This document shows, one piece after another, positions 62,243 through 64,000 of a stretch of DNA of 64,000 nt. A program made the translations under genes and the position numbers. The DNA comes from an uncultured Solirubrobacterales bacterium. Lineage in GTDB: Bacteria > Actinomycetota > Thermoleophilia > Solirubrobacterales > Solirubrobacteraceae. How positions within the stretch are numbered: the first letter of the stretch is position 1; every line of letters begins with the position of its first letter. The DNA lies in NCBI GenBank assembly GCA_963785435.1, contig CAWAVE010000008.1:178191-242190 (forward strand), written 5' to 3'. Under the pieces are notes generated by a model. That model made no database searches and was not told where the DNA came from. It was given only the letters and a program-made list of their open reading frames with translations.

Positions 62243-63661
62243 GTGATGTTACGTAGCGAGCTCAGTCGCATCGTGGGCGCCGAGCACGTGCTCGACGTGC
62301 CGGCCGGCTCCGCCTACAACCACGACGCGGCCCGTCGGCGCGGCGTGGAAGGCCGCGCGGAGGCCGTCGTGCTGCCGGGCAGCGCCGCGGAGGTGGCTGC
62401 GGTCGTGGGCTGGTGCTACGCGCATGACATCGCGATCGTGGCGCGGGGTGGCGGCACGGGGATGATGGGCGGAGCGGTCGCCACCCACGGCGGAATCGTA
62501 TGCTCGCTGGAGCGCCTGGGAAAGGTGCGGGAGCTCGAGCCTGCCCTGTGGCGGATCCTGCCGGAAGCGGGGGTGAGCACGCGCCACGTTCAGCGCCTAG
62601 CGCGCGAGAACGGCCTCTTCTTCGGGCCGGACCCAGGCGCCTCCGAGCAGTCGCAGATCGGCGGCAACGTAGCGACGAACGCGGGGGGTCCCCACGCCCT
62701 GAAGTATGGGGTAACAGGCGCCTGGGTCGCGGGCCTGGAGGTCGTGCTCGCGCCGGGCGAGCTCGTCGAGGTCGGCGGCTGGGTCGGCAAGGACGTGGCC
62801 GGGTATGACCTCAAGAGCCTCTTGATCGGCTCGGAGGGGACGCTGGGGGTGATCACGGCGGTGCGCCTGCGCCTGCTGCCGGCGCCGGAGGCGACGCTCG
62901 CGCTGGTCGTGTTCCTCAGCACGCGCGAGGAGGGCTGCGCCGCGATCGGGGAGTTGCTCGGCTCGGGTCTGCGCCCGGCGGTGCTGGACTTCCTCGACAA
63001 AGAGACGTTGGCAATGGCGAGCGGCTCCTACCCTGGCGGTGCCCAGCAGGTAGGCCCGGGCGGCGTTGTCCCGGAGGGATCGGGCTTTTCCCTGATCGTT
63101 GAGCTCGACGGCACGCGCGCGGATGTCGAGGTTCAGCGGGCGGACGTGTTGCAGGCGTTCTCGGGCGGGGCGATCGCGGTGCAGGAGCCGCCACCGGTGG
63201 AGCTGTGGCGCTGGCGCGACGCCATCAACGGGGTCGTCACGGCGGTGCGCGGCGCGAAGGTCAGCGAGGACGTCGTCTTCCCGCTCGAGCGCCTAGGAGA
63301 AGGTCTTGAGCGCTTCGAGCAGATCGCCGAGCGTCACGGGCTGCGCTCGTGCGCCTGGGGACACGGCGGCGAGGGCAACGTGCACGCCACCGTGCTCGTG
63401 GACCCCGCGAGCGAGCCCGAGCTCGACGCTGCAGAGGCGGTCGGCGAGGAGCTGTTCGCGCTCGTCGTGGAGCTCGGCGGCTCGGTCGCGGGCGAGCACG
63501 GCGTGGGCTGGCTCAAGCGCGGGCGCCTGGAGGCGCAGTGGCAGCAGCGTGCGCTCGAGCTGCACGAGGAGCTAAAGCGCGTCTTTGACCCCAAGGGCCT
63601 GCTCAACCCAGGGAAGAAGCTGGCAAGGTACCCTGCGCCATCGCCGGTGACATCTACCTGA
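62243..63661 (+). CDS. FAD-binding oxidoreductase (GlcD / D-lactate dehydrogenase family), 472 aa
   Basis: FAD-binding PCMH-type N-domain, RGGGTG motif. Confidence 0.85.
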   Translation: MMLRSELSRIVGAEHVLDVPAGSAYNHDAARRRGVEGRAEAVVLPGSAAEVAAVVGWCYAHDIAIVARGGGTGMMGGAVATHGGIVCSLERLGKVRELEPALWRILPEAGVSTRHVQRLARENGLFFGPDPGASEQSQIGGNVATNAGGPHALKYGVTGAWVAGLEVVLAPGELVEVGGWVGKDVAGYDLKSLLIGSEGTLGVITAVRLRLLPAPEATLALVVFLSTREEGCAAIGELLGSGLRPAVLDFLDKETLAMASGSYPGGAQQVGPGGVVPEGSGFSLIVELDGTRADVEVQRADVLQAFSGGAIAVQEPPPVELWRWRDAINGVVTAVRGAKVSEDVVFPLERLGEGLERFEQIAERHGLRSCAWGHGGEGNVHATVLVDPASEPELDAAEAVGEELFALVVELGGSVAGEHGVGWLKRGRLEAQWQQRALELHEELKRVFDPKGLLNPGKKLARYPAPSPVTST

Positions 63662-63678
63662 AAGGAAGCGCCAAGAAA

Positions 63679-63963
63679 ATGAACAAGACCCAGCTGATCG
63701 AGGCTGTCGCATCCGACAGTGGCCTCTCGAAGGCCGACTCGAGCCGCGCGATCGAGTCGCTCCTCGACACGGTCACCAAGACGCTCAAAAAAGGCGACGA
63801 GGTGAGCATCACGGGCTTCGGCAAGTTCTCGGTCGTCAAACGAGCAGCTCGCCAGGGTGTCAACCCGCGCACGGGCGAGAAAGTCAAAATCAAAGCCTCC
63901 AAGGCGCCGAAGTTCACCGCTGGTGCGTCGCTGAAGCAGGCAGTGAGCCCCAAGAAGAAGTAA
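63679..63963 (+). CDS. hup: HU-family DNA-binding protein with Lys/Ala tail
   Basis: MNKTQLIEAVA...GFGKFSVVKRAARQGVNPRTGEKVKI = HU arm signature. Confidence 0.9.
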   Translation: MNKTQLIEAVASDSGLSKADSSRAIESLLDTVTKTLKKGDEVSITGFGKFSVVKRAARQGVNPRTGEKVKIKASKAPKFTAGASLKQAVSPKKK

Positions 63964-64000
63964 GGACGCCGCAAATGGCGCTCGTCACCGAGCTGGATCT

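Overview
High-GC (about 68-70% by eye) actinobacteria-like chromosomal segment, densely coding on both strands. No rRNA, intact tRNA or CRISPR array is present.

The first ~30.6 kb is accessory DNA. I read it as a tandem pile-up of at least four related site-specific integrative elements. Each has a large serine recombinase gene on the minus strand at its left edge and a type II toxin-antitoxin (TA) module at its right edge. The elements are joined at a recurring junction motif ..CCGTCGCTCCCG.. that lies in a tRNA 3'-end-like sequence (T-loop + acceptor + CCA, no 5' half) at 700-746.

- Element 1 (~0.7-20.4 kb) is intact: serine recombinase, two resolvase-domain proteins lacking the catalytic Ser, an orphan DNA methyltransferase, a conjugation-like pair (replication-relaxation protein + type IV coupling-protein-like ATPase), several small membrane proteins, lower-GC cargo, and a three-gene operon headed by a putative cGAS/DncV-like nucleotidyltransferase (candidate CBASS-like defence module).
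- Its boundary is a 117-bp tandem repeat (x3.1), each unit carrying a degenerate copy of the att/tRNA-like core.
- Elements 2-4 (20.7-30.6 kb) are decayed: truncated recombinase remnants at 20.7, 22.2 and 29.8 kb, a duplicated Phd/YefM-PIN module with one copy frameshifted, and a lower-GC operon of uncharacterised proteins (105 aa, HExxH 349 aa, 604 aa, 809 aa).

The remaining ~33 kb looks like core genome: flotillin-NfeD, class II UvrA paralogue, CspA, MarR-MFS, GNAT, arylamine N-acetyltransferase (NAT), cation/proton antiporter, FtsH, universal stress protein (Usp), NAD-formate dehydrogenase, quinone oxidoreductase, glyoxalase-family (VOC) protein, alpha/beta hydrolase, acyl-CoA desaturase, NarL-type two-component pair, tandem TetR, two tandem arylsulfotransferase-family (ASST) paralogues, acyl-CoA mutase catalytic subunit, sulfotransferase, GlcD-like FAD oxidase and HU.

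A localised stretch (38-46.7 kb) has an unusual density of frameshifts inside otherwise highly conserved genes. The fragments still translate to near-textbook protein sequence, so I suspect indel errors in the assembly rather than real pseudogenisation.
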